Sequence record: PV340851.1
DNA length: 64,000 bases
Direction: 5' to 3' (one strand)
Below the pieces are notes generated by a model that saw only the letters and a list, made by a program, of their open reading frames with translations, was not told where the DNA came from and did not search any database. The translations under genes were made by a program, and so were the position numbers. Below, in pieces: positions 7,743 through 18,032 of this stretch. Within the stretch, counting starts at the first letter, position 1. Each line of letters begins with the position of its first letter.

Positions 7743-10305
7743 AGTAGATCCTAAAAGGAAGAAGAAGTTACAAGAAGTCCTTGACCGTATGGAAAAGGGC
7801 TTCGATGAGAACATGCTGGATCCTTTGTTGGAGACAATTTATAATGAACCTGAAGATAAACCTCTGCCAAGTGAAGGCAAGGTAAGATATAAGAAGAAAA
7901 AATTTCAAGTCATCAAGGTAAACAATACATCTGGTGACACACTCGCTGGTCTACTTGGTAGTAAGATAGGTGAGTCATTTGGTATGGCAGCAGGTGCTAG
8001 GAGAGCATCAGCTGATAGTAAAGGCAGAGGTTTCTTCCTCAAGAAAGCATTACAGTTTCAGTTTGGTGGTGATCTAATCAATAGGACTAGAGGTACATTC
8101 TCTAAGGATCCTACTGACACACAGGACCCAGCACTTGGTAAGTCTGGTAGATTTAGTGCAGAGGTTGCACCATACCTAGATCCTGTCCAGGGTCCAGCAC
8201 CACCACCTGCAAAGGCATCTGACTTTGATGCTGCAGCAGATGAAGTCATCGATAAGTTAGATGAACTAGGTGACACAAAAGATAAAAAGGATGAGCAACT
8301 ATCTCTTGCTATTGAGATCAATCAGGATGTAAACAAGGGAGTAGCAGAGTCAGTCAAAGAAAATAATACTCTGCTCAAGAAGTCTCTCGACATTAAGAAT
8401 AGATTTCTTAGGTTCCAAAGTGATGCAGAAGATGAGAAGAAATCACAGAGAGTAGAGAAGAGAGGGGAGTTCGAGGTAGATCGATCTTCACTCACACCTG
8501 TAGATAATTCTAAGTTATTCTTCCCAGACCCAGAAGAAGAACCACAACAGAATGGGTTCATGAACTTCCTAGACTTCGGTCTAGATCTACTGGATGGTGG
8601 TAACTATTTCGGTAAGGGTGCCAGTGTAGGTAGACGTGGCATGGGTAGAGTTGTTCAACGAACAGCACTACGACTTGGTGGTAAGAAAGCAGCAAAATCT
8701 GCTATAGTTCAGGGAGGACAAGCACTTCTCAAGAGAGTAGCGTTACCTGTATTGCGTCCTATCTTCAAGCGCATTCCTATTGTTGGTGGACTCATCGACT
8801 TTGTTGTATCATTAGCACTAGGAGAACCAGTAGGCAGAGCAGCAGCGAAAGCAATTGGTGCTACATTGGGTGGTGCATTGGGCACACTGATTCCTATCCC
8901 TGGTGTCGGTACGATTGCTGGTGGTATTGTTGGTGATCTAGTTGGTGGTGCTATCTATGATGCTGTCACAGGTGGAGCACCAAAAGATCCCACAAACTCA
9001 ACACCAGAAGTAAAGGAAGCAGCAGGAGCACCAACATCATTTGCTGATCAGTCTGGTGGTCTTGGTTCACCTGATCCAGTGCCAGAGAAATTGGCATCGG
9101 GTGGTATTCTTGCGGGCGAGGCAGGACCAGAGGCAGTATTTAATTTGAACTCTGTTGTAGGTCGTAGCACTGTCAAGGCAGTGTCTAGTGTCAGCAGTTC
9201 TATCTCTGCAATACCATTCATTCTAGGTATCACAGATGATATTATCAACAGCACTCCTGGTATGGATCCATTGAAACCATTCCTCAATCAATACATGGCA
9301 CCCCTTGTTAGATTGTTTGGTATGTCTAACTTTAATACAAGAAGTTTGTTGGGTAATAGTGCTGAAAAAGTACAGTCGGAGGCAAGTAAAGGAGACGAAT
9401 TGATTCGTCAGGCAAAAGCAGGGCAGGAAACCAGTGTTCAGGCACAGGAAACTATGACAGGTGGTCCTGTCAAAGGTGTTAACATGGGTGGTGGAGAAGG
9501 TAAGACATCTGCAGCTGCTGTCTACAATTATCTCAAGTCAAAAGGACTCAGTGATATACATGCTAAGGGTATCACTGTCAACATCATGCGTGAGTCTGGA
9601 TTTAAGTTAGGAGCACACAATCCTAATGATCCTGGTGCTGGTTCGTTTGGTTTGTTCCAATGGAATGCAGGTAGAGCAGACAAAATGATGGCAGCAGTTC
9701 CTGACTGGCAGACAAACTGGCAGGGACAAATTGACTATGCTCTCGGTGAAGATCATGGTCCTACATATTTGTCTACACAGTTTACTACTGCAGGTGATGC
9801 TGCATATGATTGGATGAAGTATTGGGAGAGACCAGCTGAATCTATCCAAGCACAGTATACGCCGCAGGTATATCAGGGACAGATCAATGCAATGGGTCTG
9901 CATGAAGGCATGCCAGAACCACAAGGGCAACCACGCGGCACACCAGACGTACCACCTGCTGATTCAGATGCCAACGGTGGACACGATACTGACAACCCAG
10001 GTGGCAATCTACTGTTCAGTCCACCAGTTAGTAAGGAAGAGATGAACAGTGTTGGTCCAGGTCCACAAGGATCTAGAGCATCCATCGTTGCTAACATGCC
10101 TAGCTCTCTAGCATCAGCAGCAAACAATGGTTACGTTACTGTTCAACCTATCATTGTTAAGGTGGGCAGTGGTAATCAGGTGGTTGGTTACAGAAAGAAC
10201 ATTGACACTGGAGAAGATGGTGGTGTTGCTAGGTTCTATTACAACACACAAGGTGGTCGCACATCACTTGAGCAGTTGAAGGAGGCAAGATTACAACTGA
10301 ACTGA
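7735..10305 (+). CDS. Tape-measure/hub-like virion protein with a phage tail lysozyme domain
   Basis: Gly/Ala-rich amphipathic segment (GGLIDFVVSLALG...GGALG...); C-terminal GITVNIMRESG...GSFGLFQWN...QGQIDYAL lysozyme-like motif; follows gp26/gp51. Confidence 0.7.
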   Translation: MPEVDPKRKKKLQEVLDRMEKGFDENMLDPLLETIYNEPEDKPLPSEGKVRYKKKKFQVIKVNNTSGDTLAGLLGSKIGESFGMAAGARRASADSKGRGFFLKKALQFQFGGDLINRTRGTFSKDPTDTQDPALGKSGRFSAEVAPYLDPVQGPAPPPAKASDFDAAADEVIDKLDELGDTKDKKDEQLSLAIEINQDVNKGVAESVKENNTLLKKSLDIKNRFLRFQSDAEDEKKSQRVEKRGEFEVDRSSLTPVDNSKLFFPDPEEEPQQNGFMNFLDFGLDLLDGGNYFGKGASVGRRGMGRVVQRTALRLGGKKAAKSAIVQGGQALLKRVALPVLRPIFKRIPIVGGLIDFVVSLALGEPVGRAAAKAIGATLGGALGTLIPIPGVGTIAGGIVGDLVGGAIYDAVTGGAPKDPTNSTPEVKEAAGAPTSFADQSGGLGSPDPVPEKLASGGILAGEAGPEAVFNLNSVVGRSTVKAVSSVSSSISAIPFILGITDDIINSTPGMDPLKPFLNQYMAPLVRLFGMSNFNTRSLLGNSAEKVQSEASKGDELIRQAKAGQETSVQAQETMTGGPVKGVNMGGGEGKTSAAAVYNYLKSKGLSDIHAKGITVNIMRESGFKLGAHNPNDPGAGSFGLFQWNAGRADKMMAAVPDWQTNWQGQIDYALGEDHGPTYLSTQFTTAGDAAYDWMKYWERPAESIQAQYTPQVYQGQINAMGLHEGMPEPQGQPRGTPDVPPADSDANGGHDTDNPGGNLLFSPPVSKEEMNSVGPGPQGSRASIVANMPSSLASAANNGYVTVQPIIVKVGSGNQVVGYRKNIDTGEDGGVARFYYNTQGGRTSLEQLKEARLQLN

Positions 10306-10324
10306 TAAATACATAGGTGATACC

Positions 10325-10392
10325 AAATTCACTATCGGTTTACATGAATTCTGAAAAAAATTCTCCGCTAATTTTTTGCTAAAAAGGTTCGC
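10325..10392 (+). repeat. Dispersed intergenic ~65-bp A/T-tract element, copy 2 (copies at about 3211-3276, 10325-10392 and 17875-17941)
   Basis: AAATTCA-N8-TTACATGAATTCTGAAAAAAATTCTCCGCTAATTTTTTGCTAAAAAGGTTCG aligns with the other two copies. Confidence 0.8.
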
Positions 10393-10394
10393 AC

Positions 10395-12476
10395 ATGGCA
10401 GCAGGCACAGTTAGTTACCAACAACCATCCTATGGCAATCTTGCTGGCGCAGTAGGGGAGAAGATAGGTAGTGCCATTAATATGGCAGCGACCTCTAGGA
10501 AGAGGCGCGAAGATGAAATTAAAGAACTACAAAACAAACCAAACAAAACCGACGAAGAAGAACTAAGACTATCAGATCTCCTAGAAGAGAAGCAGAATAG
10601 AAAGAGAGGTAGTCTGTTTGGTAAAGCATTAGGTGCTGAGTTTGGTGGCGATAGGATGCGAAGAACCATGGGGTTCTTCCAAACTAGTCCAGAAGATAAG
10701 AATGATCCTGCATTAACGAAAGCACAGAGGTTTGAGGCATCGTTAGCAGCACCACCAAAGCAAGGTGTATACCAACAGGAACTAGATCTAGGTAGTGCAG
10801 GATATAAAGAACAAACTGCACTAGAAAAACTAACAAGCAGCATCGCACTCAAGTTCAAAGAGATTGGTGCTAAGATTGAGGGACTGAGAAGACAGGAAGA
10901 GTCAGACCCTACACCTACTGTTGTTGTTAAACTTGCCGAGAATGTCAACGGTCTGAAGTCATACTTCACTAAGAACAATAAGATTCAGGAAGAATCTAAT
11001 AAAATATCTAACGATCAGTTAACAGAACAGATCAAGGCAAGAGACAGAGCACAGGCAGATGCTATCGAGACTACAGGTGAAGCAAGAGATAGACAAGCAG
11101 GTGGCGTAGGATTTGATAATGAAAGACAAAGAGGCAAGGGTCCCATGGGCATCCTTGGTGATCTTCTTGGTGGACTAGGCAACATGTTTGGTGGTCGCCG
11201 TGGTGGTAGACGTGGTGGTAGCAGAAATAGAATGCCACGCATGTCTAAAGGTAGGATGTATTCCAATCCTATCGGACCACAACCGATGGGATCCAAAACA
11301 CCATGGGCAAGAGCAAGAGGTGGTGCTGGCATCGGTGGGTTCGCTCCTCGTATGCCATCCAGAGTGATGCCCAGGAAGTTTGCATCTGGTGGTGTTCTAG
11401 ACAATCCTACTGACATTAGTGGTGCTGGTGATCAGGCAGTCATTCCTAAAGCAAACCTGACTAATGCAGTCCAGACTAACCCAGAGAACGCGAAGAAAGC
11501 GACACCATTTGCTAAGGCATTGCAGCTACCAACAGTAGCAGCAGGTTCACTCCTACTTTCTACTATCACCAACGTGGTGAAGAACATGGGTGGACTCAGC
11601 AGGATGTTCATGCCTATGATTAGTAAGTTTCTTGCTCCTGCTGCTACAGCATTCGGTCTGCCTGGTGGACTTATCGCAGGCATGCTGCTAGGTGGTGCTC
11701 CTGCTCAGGCACATCCAGGTCCAGAACCACATGGTCCTGATGGTAAACCACAGACTCAGACTAGTGTAAAATCAAGAACAGGTGGTGGTGCTATGGGATT
11801 CATGGCACCTGGCATGGTGACAGGTGGTGGATCTGTTGATGGTTATCAAATCACATCTGGTTTTGGTCGTCGTACTTCTCCTGGTGGTGTTGGTTCTACT
11901 AATCACTTGGGTGTTGACTACGGAACACCACAAGGCACACCTCTATCAACAAAGAGAGCGGGTAGAGTTACCAATGTCACCATGCCTGCTATAGGTAACA
12001 ACGGAGAGGTTCATGTCATTCATGACGATGGAACCGAGGCAAGATACCTGCACCTAAGTAAGGTGGCAGTGTCTAAAGGTATGCAAGTTGTTCCAGGATC
12101 ATTGCTAGGTGAAACTGGTGGTCAACCTGGCACTCCAGGCGCTGGTCCTACTACAGGTCCACACCTACACTTTGAATACTATCCTAGTGCAGGGTCTGGT
12201 CCTGTTGATGGATCTGGTGTTGCATCATCTGTCTTTAGTGTTGGTGGACAAGTTACAACTACTGGTGCTACTCCATCTGCAACTTCAGGTACTCCACTAG
12301 CGGAGACTCCAGCAGCAGCGGCAGTTCCAACAGGAGGTGCAGCACCCCCGATGGTACTGGACTTCAGCAACGGTAAGTTTAACTTAGTACCTGCACCTCC
12401 TGTACAAGATACTACTGTATCTCCATTCTCTATTACTAATCTAGAGAGTCCTAACAGTCTAGCACCTTCATTCTAA
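10395..12476 (+). CDS. Tape-measure-like virion protein paralog with an M23 peptidase domain
   Basis: ITSGFGRR...NHLGVDYG (HxxxD), YLHLS, TGPHLHFE (HxH); its N-terminal motif is shared with the 7735 ORF. Confidence 0.8.
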   Translation: MAAGTVSYQQPSYGNLAGAVGEKIGSAINMAATSRKRREDEIKELQNKPNKTDEEELRLSDLLEEKQNRKRGSLFGKALGAEFGGDRMRRTMGFFQTSPEDKNDPALTKAQRFEASLAAPPKQGVYQQELDLGSAGYKEQTALEKLTSSIALKFKEIGAKIEGLRRQEESDPTPTVVVKLAENVNGLKSYFTKNNKIQEESNKISNDQLTEQIKARDRAQADAIETTGEARDRQAGGVGFDNERQRGKGPMGILGDLLGGLGNMFGGRRGGRRGGSRNRMPRMSKGRMYSNPIGPQPMGSKTPWARARGGAGIGGFAPRMPSRVMPRKFASGGVLDNPTDISGAGDQAVIPKANLTNAVQTNPENAKKATPFAKALQLPTVAAGSLLLSTITNVVKNMGGLSRMFMPMISKFLAPAATAFGLPGGLIAGMLLGGAPAQAHPGPEPHGPDGKPQTQTSVKSRTGGGAMGFMAPGMVTGGGSVDGYQITSGFGRRTSPGGVGSTNHLGVDYGTPQGTPLSTKRAGRVTNVTMPAIGNNGEVHVIHDDGTEARYLHLSKVAVSKGMQVVPGSLLGETGGQPGTPGAGPTTGPHLHFEYYPSAGSGPVDGSGVASSVFSVGGQVTTTGATPSATSGTPLAETPAAAAVPTGGAAPPMVLDFSNGKFNLVPAPPVQDTTVSPFSITNLESPNSLAPSF

Positions 12477-13864
12477 TGAAATCAGCAAAGAATTTTTATC
12501 CGAAGAAAGTTACCCTCACTAGTGTTGATGGCAAGGAGATTGCTATAACTCCTGCTGTTGTTGCGTTCTCATACTATGAGGATATCTTTCAACCATTTTG
12601 TACAGGCAACATGCTGATTGTTGACAGTGGCATGAACTTGATTGGTAACCTACCTATCCAGGGAGGAGAGAAGGTCAAGATACAATTAGATAATATCAAG
12701 AAGGAAGAGGTTGAGTATGAGATGTGTGTATGGAAAGTATATAATCGCAAGTTTGAAAAGAACATGCAGTATTATACACTGTCATTAGTATCAGAAGAGG
12801 CAATCATTAACCAGAGTGCTAGAGTTCTTGATAAGATCAAAGGAAAGTCTGAAGCAATTATTTCTTCCATCCTAAAAGATATTCTAAAAACTAAAAAGAA
12901 ACTCTACGCAGAGACATCTAAGTTTCAGTTTAACTTACAACCCAATGGTAGGAAGGCACATGCTATCTGTCAGTCATTAATGTCTAGGACTGTGCCGATG
13001 GCAACCAAATTCAAGAAGGGTAAAACAACGTCACAGAAGAAAGGTGAGAGTGGTCTAGGTGCTAACGCATCCAAGGCACAAGGTACAGCAGGTTATCTAT
13101 TTTTTGAGAATAAAGATGGATTTATCTTTCAATCCATGGACAGACTGTGCTCCGATGGCACAGATTCTTTTGGTGGTACTGCTCCTATTGCTACGTACTA
13201 CTCCCGTCCTGTTTTAGATCTACCACCAGAAGATGTGTTCCTCACTATCGAGGAGTATAGGTTCCCTGATGAAATTGATATCATGGACAAGTTAAACAAT
13301 GGTATCTTCTCTACACACATGTGCTACTTTGATGTTGCTTCTCAGAAATATGAGGAGTACACATATGATATGGCATCTACATTTAACAACATGTCACACC
13401 TAGGTAGTCAGGATAAACTACCAATGTACCAGGAAGAGCAGACTAAGAATCCATCTAGGGTTATGACAGTTCTACTTGACCATGAGATGTGGTATGATGG
13501 TGAAGATGTTGCTAACCCAGATGAAGATGGTGATGCAGACTTCCCTGACTATGCAAAGTATTACACAGCACAAGCAATCGGAAGAAGATATATGATGGAG
13601 AACCAGAGGGTAGAGATTACTATCCCTGGTAACTCATCCATGAAGGTAGGTGATAAGATTAAAATTATGCTACCTAACATGGTGGCACAGAACATTAGGG
13701 AAAGAGAACCCTATGATGAAGAAAACAGTGGCACGTATCTGGTTGCTCAACTCTCGCACAACTACCAACATGTGGTTGAGTCTGGCAATCCACAATTTGT
13801 CACTAGAGTTGCATTAATTAGAGATACATATGGTATTAAAGAATATGAGTCTAAGGTTAAATAA
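12476..13864 (+). CDS. Baseplate hub protein (gp27-like)
   Basis: FSYYEDIFQPFCTGNMLIVDSG, GYLFFENKDGFIFQSMD, VEITIPGNSSMKVGDKI, SGTYLVAQLSH; lies directly before gp5. Confidence 0.6.
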   Translation: MKSAKNFYPKKVTLTSVDGKEIAITPAVVAFSYYEDIFQPFCTGNMLIVDSGMNLIGNLPIQGGEKVKIQLDNIKKEEVEYEMCVWKVYNRKFEKNMQYYTLSLVSEEAIINQSARVLDKIKGKSEAIISSILKDILKTKKKLYAETSKFQFNLQPNGRKAHAICQSLMSRTVPMATKFKKGKTTSQKKGESGLGANASKAQGTAGYLFFENKDGFIFQSMDRLCSDGTDSFGGTAPIATYYSRPVLDLPPEDVFLTIEEYRFPDEIDIMDKLNNGIFSTHMCYFDVASQKYEEYTYDMASTFNNMSHLGSQDKLPMYQEEQTKNPSRVMTVLLDHEMWYDGEDVANPDEDGDADFPDYAKYYTAQAIGRRYMMENQRVEITIPGNSSMKVGDKIKIMLPNMVAQNIREREPYDEENSGTYLVAQLSHNYQHVVESGNPQFVTRVALIRDTYGIKEYESKVK

Positions 13865-13883
13865 GAGTAGGACTTATTAAAAG

Positions 13884-16793
13884 ATGGATCAATCGTTATC
13901 GTCACTGTATCCCATACACCAGATTGGATCCGATGGATTCTCTTGGTGGATTGGACAGGTAGAATCTAATAAGAAAGAAGATCCTAAAAGGTCTGGTAGA
14001 TATCGTGTGCGTATCATCGGTCAGCATCTAAAGACTGGTGAGACTGCTACTCAAACTGCTGAGTTGCCATGGGCACATACGATGATGCCTGTCACCTCAC
14101 CTTATATTGAGGGTGGTACTGGTGGCGCATCTCCTGGTCTAAAGCGTGGTTGTTTTGTTGTTGGTTTCTTCCTAGACAACGACAAGCAGAAACCTATCAT
14201 CATGGGTTCTCTTGGTGGTGTCAAAAGTTCAACCAAGGTACAGAATCTAGACCCAGGTTCAGGTCCACTTAACTTCACCCCAATAGTTGATCCCAATGTC
14301 ATCCCTCAGCAGAACAGATCAGTTGATACTCCGACTGGAAAAGATAAGAGCGGAGCTAACACTGACAAGGGAGTCATCGATGCAGACAAAGCAGACACGA
14401 AAGGGGGCGCTCCTCCAATCCTTCTCGCTGCTTATGCTAAGCACACTGATACCAATCCTATTGGTGGTCAGTCCTGTGTTGTTATTGCGAACCCTAATTG
14501 TGGACAGGAAAAGAATTTAAAGAGTGGTATCACACGCATCATCGGTGAGTTACTTGCTGCTAACCAAGCAGCAGGTGGTAACATCGGTGACTTCTATGTC
14601 AGTAAGATCAATGGTTTGATCTATGATCATGTTGCTACTGCTCGCTATCATATTGGTAGGGTAGTCAGACTAGTAAAAAGTTTCATTGCTAGAGGCAAGA
14701 CTGAGATAGTCAAGCAACTTCGTGGTGCTATTGACTACATGAACAAAGCAATCCTAACAACAGAAGCTACTACAGGTTATGTTGCACAGGGACCTTACGC
14801 TGATCCAGAGGAAGCATTTGTTCCTATCAAAGAGAGAACTAATAGACTAAAGAAAGTAAAAGAGATCTTCGATAAGATCTTCGAGGAACTTGGTTGTAGT
14901 ATTGCAGACATCACTGATCTTATTGCTGGTTTTATTACTGATCTAATTTTTGGATACCTCAGTGATGTATTCAACAATGCGTCCTGTTTTATTGACACCA
15001 TGATTGAGGGTATCCTCAATGAAATCATGGGACAGTTCGATGCATTGATTGCTAAAATCCTTGGTCCTATTCAAGCAGTGTTAGATGCTATCGCTGCACC
15101 TCTCAATATTATTGGTGGTGTTATCAACAGCATCATGAAGTTGCTTGGAATTTCTTGCACAGGACCCAAGAGTAAGTGTGAACCAATCCAGGAGAAGTGT
15201 ACTGACTGTGGTCAGAATGATGGACAGGATGATCTGGACAAACTTCTAGCGTTGATTGAAGATGGCATTGGAGATCAATCTCTGTTTGTATGTGATGAAT
15301 CTAAGGTTGTACCAGGAACTCCAGGAACCAACGTAACATTCATTGGTGGTACACCTAAAGATCCCCCACCCCCAGGCGATCCATCATCACCTCCAGGTGG
15401 TATCGGTGATGATATTCCACCACCAGATGATGATCCTATTGATAATCCAGAACCACCAGATGATGATCCAGAGGATGATGATAGTCCAGTCCCTGACTTC
15501 CCCGAGGATCCAGTGGAAGATATACTGCTGCCCGAGAGTGATACACCATTCATGACGGTAGAATCCGACAAGGCATTCTATGTTGAGGGTGAGACCATTG
15601 TCTATACGATCACTACACTTAACGTTGCTGATGACACTGAGTTCTCCTATACTTTGGGTGGATCAGTAGATGCAGTTGATATTGTTGATGGTGCAATGAC
15701 AGGTACATTTAAAGTTGTCGGCAACACAGCAACAATCGAAGTAGGTATTATTAAAGATGAAATTGTTGAGTCTAAACCTGACCTAGTAGTATTCACTGCT
15801 ACTGGTACTGCTACTTTAGATGGTGCTGACTTTGACCTAGAAGCATCTACTGATTGTATCATTGATAACTTCAGTGAGATTGATCTATTTGATCCAACTA
15901 CAGATCTTATCAAGCAATGGCAAATCACCACCGATAAGGCATCATACGATGAAGGTGAGGATGTCATCGCAACTGTAGACACTATCAATGTAGAAGATGG
16001 AGAGACAGCAACATGGACTCTACTTGGTACTGGTCTGACACCAACTGATTTTGTTGGTGGTAAGATGTCAGGCACAGTAGAAATCACAGGAGGTAAAGGT
16101 AAGATTGTTATTGGTATTCTTGAGGACACAGAGGTAGAAGGTATCGAGCAGGCACTACTCATTCTGAATGAAAAGGGTGCTACCACATCATTTATTATTA
16201 ATGCTGATGTAGTAGAAGGCGATCCCGAAGATGATGACGATACTACCACACCAGCACCAACTAAACCAACAACAGGTGATCCTATCACTGATGATGGTGG
16301 AAGTATCATCGAGATTCCTATTAAAACAATTGGTGGTCCATATCAAACACCGCCTCTAGTTGTGATTACTGGTGGTGGATATGGTGCTGCTGCTACTGCA
16401 CTGCTAGACCCTAGTGGTTTTGTTAGTGAACTAAGAGTCACTCGCCAGGGTGTTAACTACAAATCTAATACAGCAGAAGAAAATAACTTACAGTGTATTA
16501 TTGATTCTTATACTATGCTCGCTCCTGGTTCTGGTTATACAGAACCACCTGAAGTAATTGTTGGTGGTGAGAAAGGTCTTGCCGAGGCAATTATTGATGA
16601 GAGAGGTTTCGTTATCAGTATTAGAACTACTGATAGAAGCAAGCGTTATGTTGATATGCCTTTGATAGTAATTCAAGGTGGTGGAGGCGCTGGTGCTCGT
16701 TTCCTACCTAACATGGTTTGCCTAGATAGTATTGAACTTGAGCGTAAAGGTTACGCCAAGATTGGCACTGGTTCCTACGTTGATTGCCCATAA
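13884..16793 (+). CDS. gp5: Baseplate hub/spike gp5 N-terminal (OB-fold) protein with Ig/Calx-beta-like domains
   Basis: WWIGQVES...GRYRVRIIGQH...LPWAH...GCFVVGFFLDNDKQKPIIMGS is the gp5 OB-fold; no lysozyme motif seen. Confidence 0.85.
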   Translation: MDQSLSSLYPIHQIGSDGFSWWIGQVESNKKEDPKRSGRYRVRIIGQHLKTGETATQTAELPWAHTMMPVTSPYIEGGTGGASPGLKRGCFVVGFFLDNDKQKPIIMGSLGGVKSSTKVQNLDPGSGPLNFTPIVDPNVIPQQNRSVDTPTGKDKSGANTDKGVIDADKADTKGGAPPILLAAYAKHTDTNPIGGQSCVVIANPNCGQEKNLKSGITRIIGELLAANQAAGGNIGDFYVSKINGLIYDHVATARYHIGRVVRLVKSFIARGKTEIVKQLRGAIDYMNKAILTTEATTGYVAQGPYADPEEAFVPIKERTNRLKKVKEIFDKIFEELGCSIADITDLIAGFITDLIFGYLSDVFNNASCFIDTMIEGILNEIMGQFDALIAKILGPIQAVLDAIAAPLNIIGGVINSIMKLLGISCTGPKSKCEPIQEKCTDCGQNDGQDDLDKLLALIEDGIGDQSLFVCDESKVVPGTPGTNVTFIGGTPKDPPPPGDPSSPPGGIGDDIPPPDDDPIDNPEPPDDDPEDDDSPVPDFPEDPVEDILLPESDTPFMTVESDKAFYVEGETIVYTITTLNVADDTEFSYTLGGSVDAVDIVDGAMTGTFKVVGNTATIEVGIIKDEIVESKPDLVVFTATGTATLDGADFDLEASTDCIIDNFSEIDLFDPTTDLIKQWQITTDKASYDEGEDVIATVDTINVEDGETATWTLLGTGLTPTDFVGGKMSGTVEITGGKGKIVIGILEDTEVEGIEQALLILNEKGATTSFIINADVVEGDPEDDDDTTTPAPTKPTTGDPITDDGGSIIEIPIKTIGGPYQTPPLVVITGGGYGAAATALLDPSGFVSELRVTRQGVNYKSNTAEENNLQCIIDSYTMLAPGSGYTEPPEVIVGGEKGLAEAIIDERGFVISIRTTDRSKRYVDMPLIVIQGGGGAGARFLPNMVCLDSIELERKGYAKIGTGSYVDCP

Positions 16794-17875
16794 TGTCGAT
16801 ACAAAATGCAACGACGCCGCAACCATCAGCGGCACAATCCAAATACCAAAGTAAAGGACCCGCCAGACCTGATGGTGCTGATGCACCTGAAGAAGGTCAG
16901 TTTTGTAATGATGACTTTCATGTTATTGCTACGAAACATGGTTGGACCATGGGTTCCTATAGTAATAACGATGGCACCACAGGTTTCATTCTGACTAATG
17001 GTCAGTCTATGTTCCACTTTGATGTTAATGGTAACATAGTATTAGCAACAGGTAAACCAGGACAGTCTGGTTGTGGTGGTAAAGTTGTCATCCATGCTAA
17101 GGATCACCACGAAAAAGCAGACACCATGAACATTCATGTTCGTGGTAACGACGAACAATCAGAACCTGATGGTAAGGGTGGCAGCAAGTCATCTCCTGCA
17201 TACTCACTCTATGTTGAGGGAGATGTTTCTATTGAATCACAAGGGGGTGACATTGGCGTAAAAGGTGATAACATTACGTTGAATGCCATCAATAACCTCA
17301 CACTCAGGGCAGGTGAATCTGTCAATATTGAGGCAGGTGAGGGACAAGGTAAGATTAATGCTGTTGGTAGTGATATCAACGTTGACTCTTCCTTTACTAG
17401 ATTTACCACTAGTGGTGGTTTCTATGTTGATGGTAGCGGTGAGTTTTCTGTCAACCAAAAAACATCTCCAGGTGCTGCTATTGGATTCAATAGTGTAGGT
17501 GACATTAACCATGTTGTCCGAGGCAAGTATTATATGCAGGCACTCGGTGATCTGCAACTAGAGTCATCTACTGGTCATGTACTTCTAAGAGCACTACGCG
17601 GTGGATATGGTTTAGACGTTAAAGGCGACTCTATCGAAAAAATCAAAGGTAAGAAAGAAGTAGAGGTTACAGGTAAATCTCAATCTCCTAAAAAACAACA
17701 AAATCCCACATTAAAGATGGATCTGGGTACAGCACCTAAAGGTTCATTGGAACTCAAAGCAGCTGGTCTTCTCGATGTCACCGCTGTTGGCATTAGTAAA
17801 ATTAATAGCACCCAATTGCAACTCATTTCCAAGGGTCCTATGAAATTCACAGGTTCGGCAATTTATCTCAACTGA
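16793..17875 (+). CDS. gp5 C-terminal beta-helix/spike-like protein
   Basis: Repetitive beta-strand pattern (VEGDVSIESQGGDIGVKGDNITLNA), ends TGSAIYLN; ATG at 16793 overlaps the gp5 stop (TAATG). Confidence 0.65.
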   Translation: MSIQNATTPQPSAAQSKYQSKGPARPDGADAPEEGQFCNDDFHVIATKHGWTMGSYSNNDGTTGFILTNGQSMFHFDVNGNIVLATGKPGQSGCGGKVVIHAKDHHEKADTMNIHVRGNDEQSEPDGKGGSKSSPAYSLYVEGDVSIESQGGDIGVKGDNITLNAINNLTLRAGESVNIEAGEGQGKINAVGSDINVDSSFTRFTTSGGFYVDGSGEFSVNQKTSPGAAIGFNSVGDINHVVRGKYYMQALGDLQLESSTGHVLLRALRGGYGLDVKGDSIEKIKGKKEVEVTGKSQSPKKQQNPTLKMDLGTAPKGSLELKAAGLLDVTAVGISKINSTQLQLISKGPMKFTGSAIYLN

Positions 17876-17941
17876 AATTCAAAAGTCAATTACATGAATT
17901 CCGAAAAAAATTCTCTGCTAGTTTTCTGTAAAAAAAGTCGA
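17875..17941 (+). repeat. Dispersed intergenic ~65-bp element, copy 3
   Basis: AAATTCA-N8-TTACATGAATTCCGAAAAAAATTCTCTGCTAGTTTTCTGTAAAAAAAGTCG. Confidence 0.8.
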
Positions 17942-17943
17942 GC

Positions 17944-17972
17944 TTGACAAATCCTGAGAACCCGAGTAAGAT
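17944..17972 (+). promoter_or_regulatory. Sigma70-like promoter
   Basis: TTGACA at 17944-17949, 17-nt spacer, TAAGAT at 17967-17972; late core CTAAATA also at 18005-18011. Confidence 0.65.
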
Positions 17973-18032
17973 GACTCTGTAAGGGTTCAAGGGTCATAGA
18001 GACTCTAAATAACTATTGAGTGATTCTTCATT

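Noticed and set aside
16781-16795. Possible frameshift fusion of gp5 with its C-terminal partner
   Set aside because: The junction is a standard TAATG stop-start overlap with no slippery heptamer, so translational coupling explains it.
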